Notes: generated by a model from the letters alone, not told the origin. Positions 18,504-28,515 are shown, numbered from the stretch's first letter. The stretch: 32,000 nt of DNA from Candidatus Baldrarchaeota archaeon (GCA_019056805.1 DXJG01000002.1:433103-465102), one strand, 5' to 3'. Numbers and translations: made by a program.

Positions 18504-18563
18504 AATCTAAAAATTTAAAATCGAAATGAAAGGTAAAAGTAAGATGAAACAATATAAAATATG

Positions 18564-18860
18564 TTAATCTTTTTTATGTTCATCAATAGCGAAAAGAGCG
18601 ACGGGGACTGGTCTTATAGGAGGACGTATTCTTGGAAGCTCTATTTCACTTACAGGTTTTCCCGTTTTTCTTGAAATTATTGACATTATGAGTCTTAGAC
18701 ATGTTCTACCTTGGCAAGCTCCCGTTCCACATCTAAGTATGCGTTTAATTTCTTCCAATGTTGTATACCCTTCCTCGATAACTTTTTCGACTTCCTCCAA
18801 AGTCACATCTTCACATCTACAAATTATAATATTCTTCTTACCTGATTCTTCACTACTCAT
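18564..18860 (-). CDS. BFD-like (2Fe-2S)-binding small subunit (PdhX/delta-like)
   Basis: 'IICRCEDVT', 'RCGTGACQGRTC' and 'RPPIRPV'; ATGA overlap with the upstream gene. Confidence 0.88.
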   Translation of the reverse strand: MSSEESGKKNIIICRCEDVTLEEVEKVIEEGYTTLEEIKRILRCGTGACQGRTCLRLIMSIISRKTGKPVSEIELPRIRPPIRPVPVALFAIDEHKKD

Positions 18861-19345
18861 TTTATTTTCCTCCCAATATTTCTAACAGTCATTGCAAGAT
18901 CCTTTTTCACTGCAATGGCTACCACAGTTGTTTTATCCTTCATTTTTCTCACCGAAACTATCCTAGCTTCTCCTACTGGTTTGCCTTCACGATCCAATGC
19001 TTCAAAAACTTTCCCCTTTTCTGGTATCGGTAAAAGTTCATACGGAATCATCACCAAAGCTTCATCGCCTTTATAATTGAGGTTAACTACAAAGATAGCT
19101 AAACCGGGGCAAATTGCTACACATTCTCCGCAACCGGTGCACCTGTTGTAATCTACCTCTGGCGGTTCGCTGAGAGAGGGTTTTTTAATTGCATTAAATC
19201 TGCAAATATGGGCACATGGATCACAAGGTATCTTTTGAATACATTCAATGATTACAACTGGTCCTTTTTCAAGTCTTTCTTTAGGAGGTAAACGATCTTT
19301 CAAGTCTTCGAGTGTCAGTACTCCCGTTGATTCATAATTACTCAT
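18857..19345 (-). CDS. 4Fe-4S ferredoxin subunit (PdhF/gamma-like)
   Basis: 'ECIQKIPCDPCAHIC' and 'CTGCGECVAICPG'. Start moved to ATG 19345, which gives an ATGA overlap with the alpha stop and a GGAGG SD. Confidence 0.88.
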   Translation of the reverse strand: MSNYESTGVLTLEDLKDRLPPKERLEKGPVVIIECIQKIPCDPCAHICRFNAIKKPSLSEPPEVDYNRCTGCGECVAICPGLAIFVVNLNYKGDEALVMIPYELLPIPEKGKVFEALDREGKPVGEARIVSVRKMKDKTTVVAIAVKKDLAMTVRNIGRKIK

Positions 19346-20796
19346 TTTAGTTCCCTCCACATTCTCCAAACCTTTTCTTTACCTTTTAGAACGCGTTCAC
19401 TAAAGGGGCTTTCTCTTAGAGCACTCAGATGCCTAAACGATTCTTCTCTAATTTTTTCAGCTTGAATCTTCTCTTTTCCAAGTTCTATTGCTACATTTGC
19501 TCCTGTTATTCTACCTTCCATCATGGCTGTACTTGCCTCTTCTATACCTGAAACATCACCAGCAAGATACATACCATCAATAGTTGTCTCTAAATCCTCG
19601 TTATGTATTGCTACTGGCCCACCAAGCTCTGGTATATATGCTTTTTCACATCCAGCTTGGAATAAAAGTTCTGATGAAGGAGTTAGTCCCACAGCTAAAC
19701 ATATTAAATCTACTTCAATCTCTTGTTCCGTTCCTTCTATGGGCTGCCATTTTTCATCCAATTCCACAATTATTGCTCCTTCAACATGATCTTTACCCTT
19801 AGCAGCGCTAATTGAATGTCTTGTTAATATAGGAACTCCCAGCCTTCTAAGCTTTGATGCATGAACTAAGTAACCTCCTATTTTAGGCATTGCTTCAACA
19901 ACCATTTTAACATTTACACCAGCTTGAATAAGTTGATAACCAACTATTAAACCAACATTACCAGCACCCACAATCAAAGCATTGTTTCCGGGCTTTATAC
20001 CATAAACATTCATTAATGTTTGAACTCCTCCAGCACCATAAACTCCAGGCAAATCATTATTGGGGAAAGGCAGCATGTTTTCTTGAGCTCCGCTTGCAAC
20101 AATGATATCACGGGTATTCACTTCTATAAGTTTATGATTATTTTGAACAACAGCCAACGTGCTCCTCTTGTTTCCATAATACCCTACAACACTAGCATTG
20201 AGCACCCATTTTACCTCAGCTTTCTGTAATTCTCTAAGGAGAATCTTAGCGATTTCAACACCTCTAACACCAGCATAATTGTCTTTGGAACCAAAAAACT
20301 TGTGAGTCTGTTTTATTAATTGCCCACCCGGCCTAGGATTCTCATCTATAAGATATACATCTACACCTAAGTTGGCAGCTGTAATTGCTGCTGATAAACC
20401 CGCAGGACCTCCTCCAACAACTACAAGATCCGTGTCTAACTTTTCTTCCTCAACTTTTATTTCGGTTGTTGTAACTGGAGGTTCTCCACGACCCTTTTCA
20501 TATTCAATTTTCATTCCATCCTTTACTAAAGTTACGCATGTTCTAACATGTGGTATTCCATTTACACGCATGAGACAAGAGGAACATTTCCCTATACCAC
20601 AGAAAAACCCTCTAGGCCTATGATATTTTACGCTTCTAGAATATATTTTTATTCCTGAAGCATAAAGTGCCGCTGCTATAGTTTCTCCTTCATATGCCTT
20701 GATTTTCTTACCGTTAAGATAAATGTATACTGGTTTTTCACGTTTAAACTCTAATATTGGATGTTTCCATATTCTTAGGTCCATGATACTGCCCAT
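19342..20796 (-). CDS. FAD/NAD(P) oxidoreductase with N-terminal 2Fe-2S domain (PdhA / sarcosine oxidase alpha-like)
   Basis: 'RPRGFFCGIGKCSSCLMRVNGIPHVRTC', GGGPAG, 'GGQLIKQTHKFFG', GAGNVG and 'AGDVSGIEEA'. The start may be 20784. Confidence 0.92.
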   Translation of the reverse strand: MGSIMDLRIWKHPILEFKREKPVYIYLNGKKIKAYEGETIAAALYASGIKIYSRSVKYHRPRGFFCGIGKCSSCLMRVNGIPHVRTCVTLVKDGMKIEYEKGRGEPPVTTTEIKVEEEKLDTDLVVVGGGPAGLSAAITAANLGVDVYLIDENPRPGGQLIKQTHKFFGSKDNYAGVRGVEIAKILLRELQKAEVKWVLNASVVGYYGNKRSTLAVVQNNHKLIEVNTRDIIVASGAQENMLPFPNNDLPGVYGAGGVQTLMNVYGIKPGNNALIVGAGNVGLIVGYQLIQAGVNVKMVVEAMPKIGGYLVHASKLRRLGVPILTRHSISAAKGKDHVEGAIIVELDEKWQPIEGTEQEIEVDLICLAVGLTPSSELLFQAGCEKAYIPELGGPVAIHNEDLETTIDGMYLAGDVSGIEEASTAMMEGRITGANVAIELGKEKIQAEKIREESFRHLSALRESPFSERVLKGKEKVWRMWRELK

Positions 20797-21135
20797 CCTA
20801 AAACTAATTAAACAAAAATTACATTAGATTAGTGCCGTTTAAAGATTTAGTTCGATTGGTCATAATCTCTTAGTAATTAAGCTATCACACTTTTACAGAT
20901 ATTTTTCTCTCTGCATACAGAAATTTTGCTATAAGTATATGAGAAGTATATCTAGCAATTCGTAAGCTGTATCGATATAGGTGAAGGTAAAACGGTTTCA
21001 ATGTTTCTAATTATTTGGATAAATCAGAAATTTTAAATATTAAATTACGGTAATTCTAAAAGTCCTAATTAAGTAGATAATATGCATTATTGCGATAATT
21101 ATTCCTTCGTGTTAGTGACTCTAGGAGGATTAATT

Positions 21136-22068
21136 GTGAGAAAGGGAGAGATTGCAATTAAAGCCAGTAGATACATTGTTCAACTGTTCTTTTTCATACT
21201 ATTTAACATCTATCTATTCACATTAATTCCTACTCTTGGAGACACTCTTTCCTTTCTTAAGAGAATAGATCTAAGAAACTTCCCTCTACCAATAAGTTTT
21301 GATTCACCATACGCAAATGTTGCCAATGCCTTCACCGTCATACAGGTCATGATTGCTACCTTATGGTTCCCAGCCTTAACCATCGGATTAACAATATTAA
21401 TTTCTGTAATCTTTGGTAGAGCTGCATGCGGATGGCTATGCCCCTTCGGTTTTATACAAGATATACTCAGAGCACTTCCAGTAAGAAAAGTGAAGGTTTC
21501 ACATCCAACAAATAGAAGCTTAGCAGAAGTAAAATACTACGTGTTACTTTTCACCATATCCATAGTATCCCTTCTTGCATTGGCAAAAATCTACGATGTA
21601 AAGGATTTATTAAAAGCATTAAGAGGTTTTGGCGAGACCCCATACACAACTATAAGCCCTTCCAGTACATTATTTGGATTAATACCTGCAATGATTGTTG
21701 AAAGAAAATTTTTAGAACTTGGCGAACAAGTTTGGGAAATCTTCACCTTGAATCGGCTATTCTGGTTAAGAATGGGTATATTAGCATTTGCTGTAATTAT
21801 CGCTATTTATGTTCCAAGAGCTTGGTGTCGATGGTTCTGCCCTATTGGGGCTCTTCAAGCTATATTTAGTAAGTACAGTTTTCTAGGAATTGGAAGAAAC
21901 CTGGCAAAATGTCTTGGAGAAAAATGTAGACTTTGTGAAAAAACATGTCCAATGGCGATAAAAATTCTTGAAGAACCTTGGCAAAAAATTAGAGACCGAG
22001 AATGCATAAACTGCCTATTATGTAAGGCAGCATGCCCAGAAAACGCCATAAAAATAGTCTTTCCATAA
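21136..22068 (+). CDS. NapH/MauN-like membrane polyferredoxin (4Fe-4S binding)
   Basis: Two CxxxCP motifs (CGWLCPFG, CRWFCPIG), TM helices and two C-terminal 4Fe-4S motifs. GTG start after GGAGG. Confidence 0.88.
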   Translation: MRKGEIAIKASRYIVQLFFFILFNIYLFTLIPTLGDTLSFLKRIDLRNFPLPISFDSPYANVANAFTVIQVMIATLWFPALTIGLTILISVIFGRAACGWLCPFGFIQDILRALPVRKVKVSHPTNRSLAEVKYYVLLFTISIVSLLALAKIYDVKDLLKALRGFGETPYTTISPSSTLFGLIPAMIVERKFLELGEQVWEIFTLNRLFWLRMGILAFAVIIAIYVPRAWCRWFCPIGALQAIFSKYSFLGIGRNLAKCLGEKCRLCEKTCPMAIKILEEPWQKIRDRECINCLLCKAACPENAIKIVFP

Positions 22069-22090
22069 AAAGAAAATAAATGAAAGATTA

Positions 22091-23929
22091 TTAAACACCT
22101 ACTTCATCGGCTGCCTTATCTAGACCTAATTCTCTGAGCTTGTCCTTAGTTGGTACACCGTCTTTCCAATTTCTAAGTCTATAGTACTCATCTAACATCT
22201 CGTTAAGTTTTACAACATAGCCTTTTACTGGACCTTCAGGCATGGGTTCCTCTAGCAATCTCTTTGGTAAAGTGTCTTCGTCCCTACCTTTGAACCCTTC
22301 ACGGATGTTAAATGCTCTTTCTAAGTTGTAAATTCTTTCACCAATCTTCATAATGTCATCAGTAGATACTTTCCAGCCCGTAGCAGCAGAGAACATGTCA
22401 GCAAATTCTTCTGCGCCAAAAGCAAATGTCACGAACTTGCAGAGAACAAGACTGTCACATACCGCGAAGAGATCCTGGAATGTTATAACCCACTGTGCCT
22501 TCCCTTCAGTTGTTAATGGATCGAGTTTTTCAGGTATCCCAAGGATCTCAGCAGCAATCATATATGCCCTTAGGTGACATCCTCCTCTATTTGATGTCGC
22601 ATATCCTAATCCATGTCCTTGCGCTCCTCTTGGATCATATGCGGGAAGTTCTTGTCCTTTTACGTCCATTGATAGTTCTGGTGCTCCATATTTCTCAGCG
22701 AGACGTTTTGAACCTTCTGCTAAATCATCTCCCAGCCCTGAGCGGTAAGCAGTTCTCCAAGTTAATTCTACAATCGCTTCAGCATTTCCAAATTTTAAAT
22801 CAACGCCTCTTGTCTGTTCGGTTTTTATATAGCCCTTTTCATATAGTTCCATAGCCGTTCCAATAACATGACCCATGGAAATTGTATCAAGTCCAAGTTC
22901 ATTGCAAAGATAATTAGCTTTGGCAATAGCTTCTAAGTTATCAACTCCACATTGTGCTCCATAAGCCCATATAGTTTCATATTCAGGTCCTTCACCTTCA
23001 CCACTATATGGACTCCACGGTGGGACTCTCGTTACTCTTCCACATGCAATTGGACAACCCCAACAAGGTTTCCTCTTTATAAGTATTGTTTCAGCCATCA
23101 TCTCACCGCTAATTCTACTAGCTGTTGGAAATACTCCTGTCTGGAAGTTTCTAGTCGGGAACAATCCCTGCTCATTAATTACATTTACAAGAACCGCAGT
23201 ACCATAAGTTGGCAAAGATTGATTAGTCACAGCGCTTTCCTTTATTTTATCAAGAGCCTTTCTAACAGCATCTCTAAAAGCTTCCGCCTCAGCTATAGTA
23301 GGTCTCTGCGTTCCACGTACAGCAATAGCCTTAAGCTTCTTGCTTCCAAGTACCGCACCATGTCCACCTCTACCAGCTGCTCTATGTTTATCATTAATAA
23401 TACAGGCAATTTTCACTAAGTTTTCGCCAGCAGGACCTATACAAGCTACTTTAATTTTCTCGTCCCCTAATTCTTTACAAATGATATCCGTAGTGTCATG
23501 CGTGTCTTTACCCCAGAGGTGGGAAGCATCTCTTAGCTCTGCTTCTCCATCATGTATCCAAAGATAAACTGGTTTTTCTGACGCTCCTTCAATTATAATA
23601 CCGTCAAATCCTGCAAATTTTAGTTCGGGACCAAAATGCCCACCACTATGGCTATCATGGATTGTTCCAGTAAGTGGGGATTTTGTAACGGAGCACCATC
23701 GACCGCTTGATGGTGCTGCTGTTCCAGTTAATGGGCCCGTCAATATTGCTATTTTGTTTTCAGGAGAAAGCGGGTCAATACCGGGTTTAAGTTCGTCGTA
23801 GAGAATTTTTACTCCCAGTCCCCTTCCACCTATGAACGTTCTAAGAATTTCGTCGCTTATTTTTTCTTCTTTTATAGTACCGTCTGTCAAGTTTACTCTT
23901 AAAAATTTACCCATGTATCCACCTGGCAT
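22091..23929 (-). CDS. aor: Tungsten-dependent aldehyde:ferredoxin oxidoreductase
   Basis: GGRGLG, 'KSPLTG', '[19 protein letters not shown]', '[10 protein letters not shown]', 'EYET', 'ELGLDTIS' and 'SNRGGCHL'. Confidence 0.96.
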   Translation of the reverse strand: MPGGYMGKFLRVNLTDGTIKEEKISDEILRTFIGGRGLGVKILYDELKPGIDPLSPENKIAILTGPLTGTAAPSSGRWCSVTKSPLTGTIHDSHSGGHFGPELKFAGFDGIIIEGASEKPVYLWIHDGEAELRDASHLWGKDTHDTTDIICKELGDEKIKVACIGPAGENLVKIACIINDKHRAAGRGGHGAVLGSKKLKAIAVRGTQRPTIAEAEAFRDAVRKALDKIKESAVTNQSLPTYGTAVLVNVINEQGLFPTRNFQTGVFPTASRISGEMMAETILIKRKPCWGCPIACGRVTRVPPWSPYSGEGEGPEYETIWAYGAQCGVDNLEAIAKANYLCNELGLDTISMGHVIGTAMELYEKGYIKTEQTRGVDLKFGNAEAIVELTWRTAYRSGLGDDLAEGSKRLAEKYGAPELSMDVKGQELPAYDPRGAQGHGLGYATSNRGGCHLRAYMIAAEILGIPEKLDPLTTEGKAQWVITFQDLFAVCDSLVLCKFVTFAFGAEEFADMFSAATGWKVSTDDIMKIGERIYNLERAFNIREGFKGRDEDTLPKRLLEEPMPEGPVKGYVVKLNEMLDEYYRLRNWKDGVPTKDKLRELGLDKAADEVGV

Positions 23930-24229
23930 TTTTCCTCCCCTTTTAACATATTTTTGCTGTTTTTTCGAATATTTTTAGACTAACGGGGTTTATATAGTTT
24001 TCCAAGAAAAACGATATGTTTTATCATTCATAACGTTTTACTAACGTTTCATCTTTCTTGTTCAAGATCGTTTCTGGTTGCGATTATGTTTTTCTATTCT
24101 CCGAACTCTAATCTTACTCTTCATTAAAACAAAATGTTCAAATATATTAACCTTGAATTAACGCCGATTTATTGGTGATTTATATGAACGGTAACAGTCA
24201 TATTAACCATATTATTTTTAGCGAAAACC

Positions 24230-25417
24230 ATGAAGATGACAATTTTTCCTTATGTAAAAGAGGACGGGACATTGAAAATACCCTCCAATTTTCTTTCTCA
24301 TTTAGGTGTATCAGAAAAACTGCCAGTAACGATCGAAGCTTTTAGGGATGGAGTTATAGTTTACCCTGTTAAAAAGATGAAACTTAACTCCATATATTTA
24401 GAGATAACCAGTAATTGTAATTTAAATTGTGTAATGTGTGTACGTAGAGTTTGGAAAGATGAGATTGGTAGTATGGATTTTAAACTTTTAAAGAAAATTG
24501 TTCAAGAGGCGGAGAACCTTGGTGTAAATTGGATATGGTTTGCTGGTTACGGCGAACCTCTTGTTTATGAGTACTTTGAAGAAGCTGCAAATGAAGTTAA
24601 ACAACGTAAAATCAAGCTGGGAATCACAACAAATGGTACTCTTCTCGATAACGATATGATAAAAACTCTCACCAAATACGGAGTAGACAGGGTTGTCGTT
24701 TCCCTTGATAGTCCTTTTGAAGAAGAATTCAAAAAAATACGAGGAACAGAAGTATCAAGAATCGTTGAAAATATCAGAAACCTGTACAAAGCATCTAAAA
24801 AGTTTAAAAAACCAGAAATATGGGCAGAATTTGTTGCTATGAAAGACAATATTGAAGATTTACCTATTTTAATTGATTTAGTTGGAAATGCAGGAGTTAC
24901 TACAGTTTTAATTACAAACCTTCTACCATACACACATGAGTTGGCACAACAAGCCCTTTATTTTAATGAATCTAGTATAGCATCTAGAATTTTGCTGGAA
25001 GCCTCTAAACGATCTATCATGTCAAAAGTTAGATTGCTTACACCCTACTTTGAACTTAAAACACAAAGATCATGTAATTTCATTGAAAAAAGTAGCTGTG
25101 TAGTTACATGGGACGGAGATGTTTGCCCTTGCTATAATTTTATGCATACATATCCTTGCATCATTAATGGTCGCAAGAAGATGATACATAGAGTTTCCTT
25201 TGGAAACCTTAACATTCAAAGTCTAAAGAATATATGGTTTGACGCAAAATATGTTAAATTCAGGATTTATGTAAAAAATTTCAGTTTTCCATCTTGTACC
25301 GACTGCGAATTTCAAGAATTCTGTTGGTTTGTCGAGGAAAACTTAATGGATTGTTGGGGAAACTCTCCAAGTTGCGCAGATTGTCTATGGGCTAGAAAAA
25401 TTATACAATGCCCCTAA
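24230..25417 (+). CDS. Radical SAM/SPASM tungsten-cofactor oxidoreductase maturase (Cmo-like) with an AbrB-like N-terminus
   Basis: CNLNCVMC, SPASM region 'CPCYNFMHTY...CTDC...C...DCWGNSPSCADCLWA..IIQCP', and position divergent from aor. Confidence 0.85.
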   Translation: MKMTIFPYVKEDGTLKIPSNFLSHLGVSEKLPVTIEAFRDGVIVYPVKKMKLNSIYLEITSNCNLNCVMCVRRVWKDEIGSMDFKLLKKIVQEAENLGVNWIWFAGYGEPLVYEYFEEAANEVKQRKIKLGITTNGTLLDNDMIKTLTKYGVDRVVVSLDSPFEEEFKKIRGTEVSRIVENIRNLYKASKKFKKPEIWAEFVAMKDNIEDLPILIDLVGNAGVTTVLITNLLPYTHELAQQALYFNESSIASRILLEASKRSIMSKVRLLTPYFELKTQRSCNFIEKSSCVVTWDGDVCPCYNFMHTYPCIINGRKKMIHRVSFGNLNIQSLKNIWFDAKYVKFRIYVKNFSFPSCTDCEFQEFCWFVEENLMDCWGNSPSCADCLWARKIIQCP

Positions 25418-25520
25418 CATAAAGAGAAGTATTTAAGAAATATTAACAACAAATTAGGCTTAACTAAAATGTAACAATTCAAATACACACATTGTAATAC
25501 TATTATTACTACTTTACTAA

Positions 25521-26342
25521 GTGGGTGCGAGGAAATTGGAAGAAAAAACAGGAGAAATGGAAAATATAGAATGTAAAGTTTGTGGAACCAAAAATCCTTC
25601 AGACGCGCAGTTTTGCATCATTTGCGGTAAAAAATTTCTTCCTAAACGTTGGAGAGATATGGCACTAACAATAACTCTTGGAATTGCCACCTTATACGTT
25701 ATGATCATTTTTATAATGGCTGCATTTACAATAATATTATCAATGCAAGCCGTCTTTGCCTCCAAATTCTTTCAAATGACCGTAAGAGAAATTATAGACT
25801 TTGGATTTCAAATTTTCATAGCTGTGAGCGCAATAGAGTTCGTTCTAATATTACCGGTGTATTTTCACTTTGACGATTTAGAAGCTACAATTAAATGGTC
25901 TGGTCTACCAATAGAAAATACATCTAGCTTTTTAAGAGACATTGCGATCGGAGGCTTTCTTGGGCTACTATACGCCCTTTTAGTTAGATATATTTCACGA
26001 TTATTTGAGGGATCAACAACCTTGAAAGCTCAGTATCCATCATTTTTCGTTGTTGGCGTTTTGATATCGATTTTTATCGTTGCTCTTTCAGAGGAAATTC
26101 TATTCAGAGGCTTCCTGCAACAATCCATTGATCTTAAACTACGAAACCCTTTGGTGAGCATACTTATGGCGTCAGCGGTGTTCAGCGTAATTCACCCCGT
26201 TTTTCCAACCATACTAATAGCTTTTGCGGCAGGTCTCATGGCGGGAATTCTATACGAAAAGTTTGGAAGAAAATTACATGCTCCAATAGCTTTCCACTAC
26301 GTTTATGACACATTAATCATATTACTTCCTGCGCTCTTGTAA
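25521..26342 (+). CDS. Zinc-ribbon + CPBP/Abi (CAAX) intramembrane metalloprotease
   Basis: CKVCGTKNPSDAQFCIICG, then EEILFRG, FSVIH and HYVYD. Start uncertain (25521, 25536 or 25557). Confidence 0.85.
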   Translation: MGARKLEEKTGEMENIECKVCGTKNPSDAQFCIICGKKFLPKRWRDMALTITLGIATLYVMIIFIMAAFTIILSMQAVFASKFFQMTVREIIDFGFQIFIAVSAIEFVLILPVYFHFDDLEATIKWSGLPIENTSSFLRDIAIGGFLGLLYALLVRYISRLFEGSTTLKAQYPSFFVVGVLISIFIVALSEEILFRGFLQQSIDLKLRNPLVSILMASAVFSVIHPVFPTILIAFAAGLMAGILYEKFGRKLHAPIAFHYVYDTLIILLPALL

Positions 26343-26539
26343 AACTCTTAAATTGATATTTTAAGCCTATGGAGGCATTGTCTAAATATAACTTGATAAT
26401 TAGGTTGATAAGACCCTTTTTACCATCCGCATGTAGCGTACAAGTCTTTTGAGGGTGATTCGATAAATTAAATGGTAATTTTTGCCGAAACCATTAAATT
26501 ACTTTATATATTAAATGTCCTAGAAAGGGGTGAAATGAA

Positions 26540-28003
26540 TTGACATTGAAAATCTACAATACTCTATCGAGAACTAAGGAAATATTCGAACCATTTGACC
26601 CTCCAACAGTAAAAATGTATGTATGTGGCCCAACTGTTTATGATTTAAGTCACTTAGGTCATGCTCGCACCTACATTGCTTTTGACATTATTAGAAGATA
26701 CTTAGAGTTTCTTGGCTACTCCGTTATATATGTTGTAAATATTACAGATGTTGAAGATAAAATAATAAGAAGAGCAAGAGAACGAGGCGTTTCACCCTTC
26801 GAAATTGCTGAAGAATACACTAAAGAATACTTTAATGATATTGAAGCCTTAAAAATTAAAAAAGCCGATATTAACCCTAGAGTAACCGAACACATTGAAG
26901 ATATCATTGAAGTTGTTCAAGGCTTGATAAATAAAGGCTACGCATACGTTGCAGATGGAGACGTATATTTCGACGTCCTAAAGTTCTCTGATTATGGGAA
27001 ACTTTCTCATCAATCCCTTGAAGAACTCAAAGCAGGCGCTAGAGTCGATATTAGCGAAAAAAAGAAACATCCAGCTGATTTTGCTTTATGGAAAAAATCT
27101 AAAGAAGGCGAACCTTCTTGGAATAGCCCTTGGGGCCCTGGACGCCCTGGCTGGCACATTGAATGCTCTGTTATGTCTATGAGATATCTAGGTGAACAAT
27201 TAGACATTCACGGCGGTGGACAAGACCTTATTTTCCCTCATCACGAGAATGAAATCGCCCAATCTGAAGCATACACTGGTAAGAAGCCCTTCGCAAAATA
27301 TTGGATGCACACCGGCCTAGTTATGGTTAGAGGAGAACGTATGGGAAAATCTCTCGGAAACTTCGTCACGATCAAAGAACTACTTGAAAAATTTGATGCA
27401 GAAGCAATAAGATTCTTCGTTTTGTCCACCCATTATAGAAGTCCAGTTGATTTCACATGGGAAAGAGTTGAACAAGCTAGCAGCAGTTTAGAAAGACTTT
27501 ACAACACCATTGAAAACATCGAAGTTGCCTTGAGGGAAAGCGACATCAATTATGCTTATCGCTTAGAAGGTCTAGACTTAGAGTTATATCAAAACTTAAT
27601 TCGCAGCGAAAAGAAATTCTTTGACGCCATGAACGATGACTTTAATACCCCAGTTGCCGTATCAGCATTATTTGAAATGTCTAGTAACGTGAACAACTAT
27701 CTTAAGAACAGTAATAAACCTAATGCCGCATTACTTTCAAGAGCCTTTAACTTTTTCATGGATGCTGGTGAAATTTTTGGTTTATTCTATAGATTCAGGA
27801 TAAAACGAGAAGATAAAGAGGAATACAATTTACTTGAAAAACTAGTGACTTTGATTGTCGACATTAGAAATGAAGCCCGTAAAAGAAAAGACTGGGAAAC
27901 AGCAGACAAAATTAGAGAGCAACTCAAGGAACTAGGTATATTCCTAGAGGACACAAAAGACAAAACAATATGGAAAATTAAAAGGCGGCCCACTTCTCAC
28001 TAA
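26540..28003 (+). CDS. cysS: Cysteinyl-tRNA synthetase (class I)
   Basis: CGPTVY, HLGH (HIGH motif), GRPGWHIECS, HGGGQDLIFPHHENE, RMGKS (KMSKS position) and 'DDFNTP'. Confidence 0.98.
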   Translation: MTLKIYNTLSRTKEIFEPFDPPTVKMYVCGPTVYDLSHLGHARTYIAFDIIRRYLEFLGYSVIYVVNITDVEDKIIRRARERGVSPFEIAEEYTKEYFNDIEALKIKKADINPRVTEHIEDIIEVVQGLINKGYAYVADGDVYFDVLKFSDYGKLSHQSLEELKAGARVDISEKKKHPADFALWKKSKEGEPSWNSPWGPGRPGWHIECSVMSMRYLGEQLDIHGGGQDLIFPHHENEIAQSEAYTGKKPFAKYWMHTGLVMVRGERMGKSLGNFVTIKELLEKFDAEAIRFFVLSTHYRSPVDFTWERVEQASSSLERLYNTIENIEVALRESDINYAYRLEGLDLELYQNLIRSEKKFFDAMNDDFNTPVAVSALFEMSSNVNNYLKNSNKPNAALLSRAFNFFMDAGEIFGLFYRFRIKREDKEEYNLLEKLVTLIVDIRNEARKRKDWETADKIREQLKELGIFLEDTKDKTIWKIKRRPTSH

Positions 28004-28038
28004 GAGAAACCTTCTTGCAGTAATCTATGATAACTAAG

Positions 28039-28515
28039 TTAATTTTCACCGATTTCTTCCACTATGTATCCAAGTTTTTTAAAGACCTTAGGAGAAAATT
28101 TAACTCCGCTAAATTCAGTACCAGCAGCACCGATTACATATTCTTTTTCCATAACTTCCTTATCTACGTAGGTAGGACATAATTTATAGAAAATGAAAGG
28201 AGGTACACCGCCTATTTTGAATCCGGTAAAGTTTCTTATTTCTTCTGGAGTAGCTAATCTTAGCTTTTTTAATCCACTTATTTTTTCAAGTTTCCTTACG
28301 TTTACCCGCTTATTTCCAGTAATTATTGCTGCTACATATTTATCTTTTGATTTAAATAAAAGACTTTTCAAAATATATTCTCTAGGAACTTTAAGAGCTT
28401 TTTCAGCATCTTCTGTTCTTCTACCGCTTAATTTATGCTGAATAATTTCTCCATCTATTCCAAGTTTTTCGATAAGTCTTTTTACTTCTTTTACCTTATC
28501 GATATTCTCCTTCAT
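28039..28515 (-). CDS. YbaK/ProX (INS superfamily) aminoacyl-tRNA deacylase
   Basis: 'ILKSLLFK' with the conserved Lys, 'LRLATPEEI', 'TGFKIGGVPPF' and 'GAAG'. Confidence 0.9.
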   Translation of the reverse strand: MKENIDKVKEVKRLIEKLGIDGEIIQHKLSGRRTEDAEKALKVPREYILKSLLFKSKDKYVAAIITGNKRVNVRKLEKISGLKKLRLATPEEIRNFTGFKIGGVPPFIFYKLCPTYVDKEVMEKEYVIGAAGTEFSGVKFSPKVFKKLGYIVEEIGEN

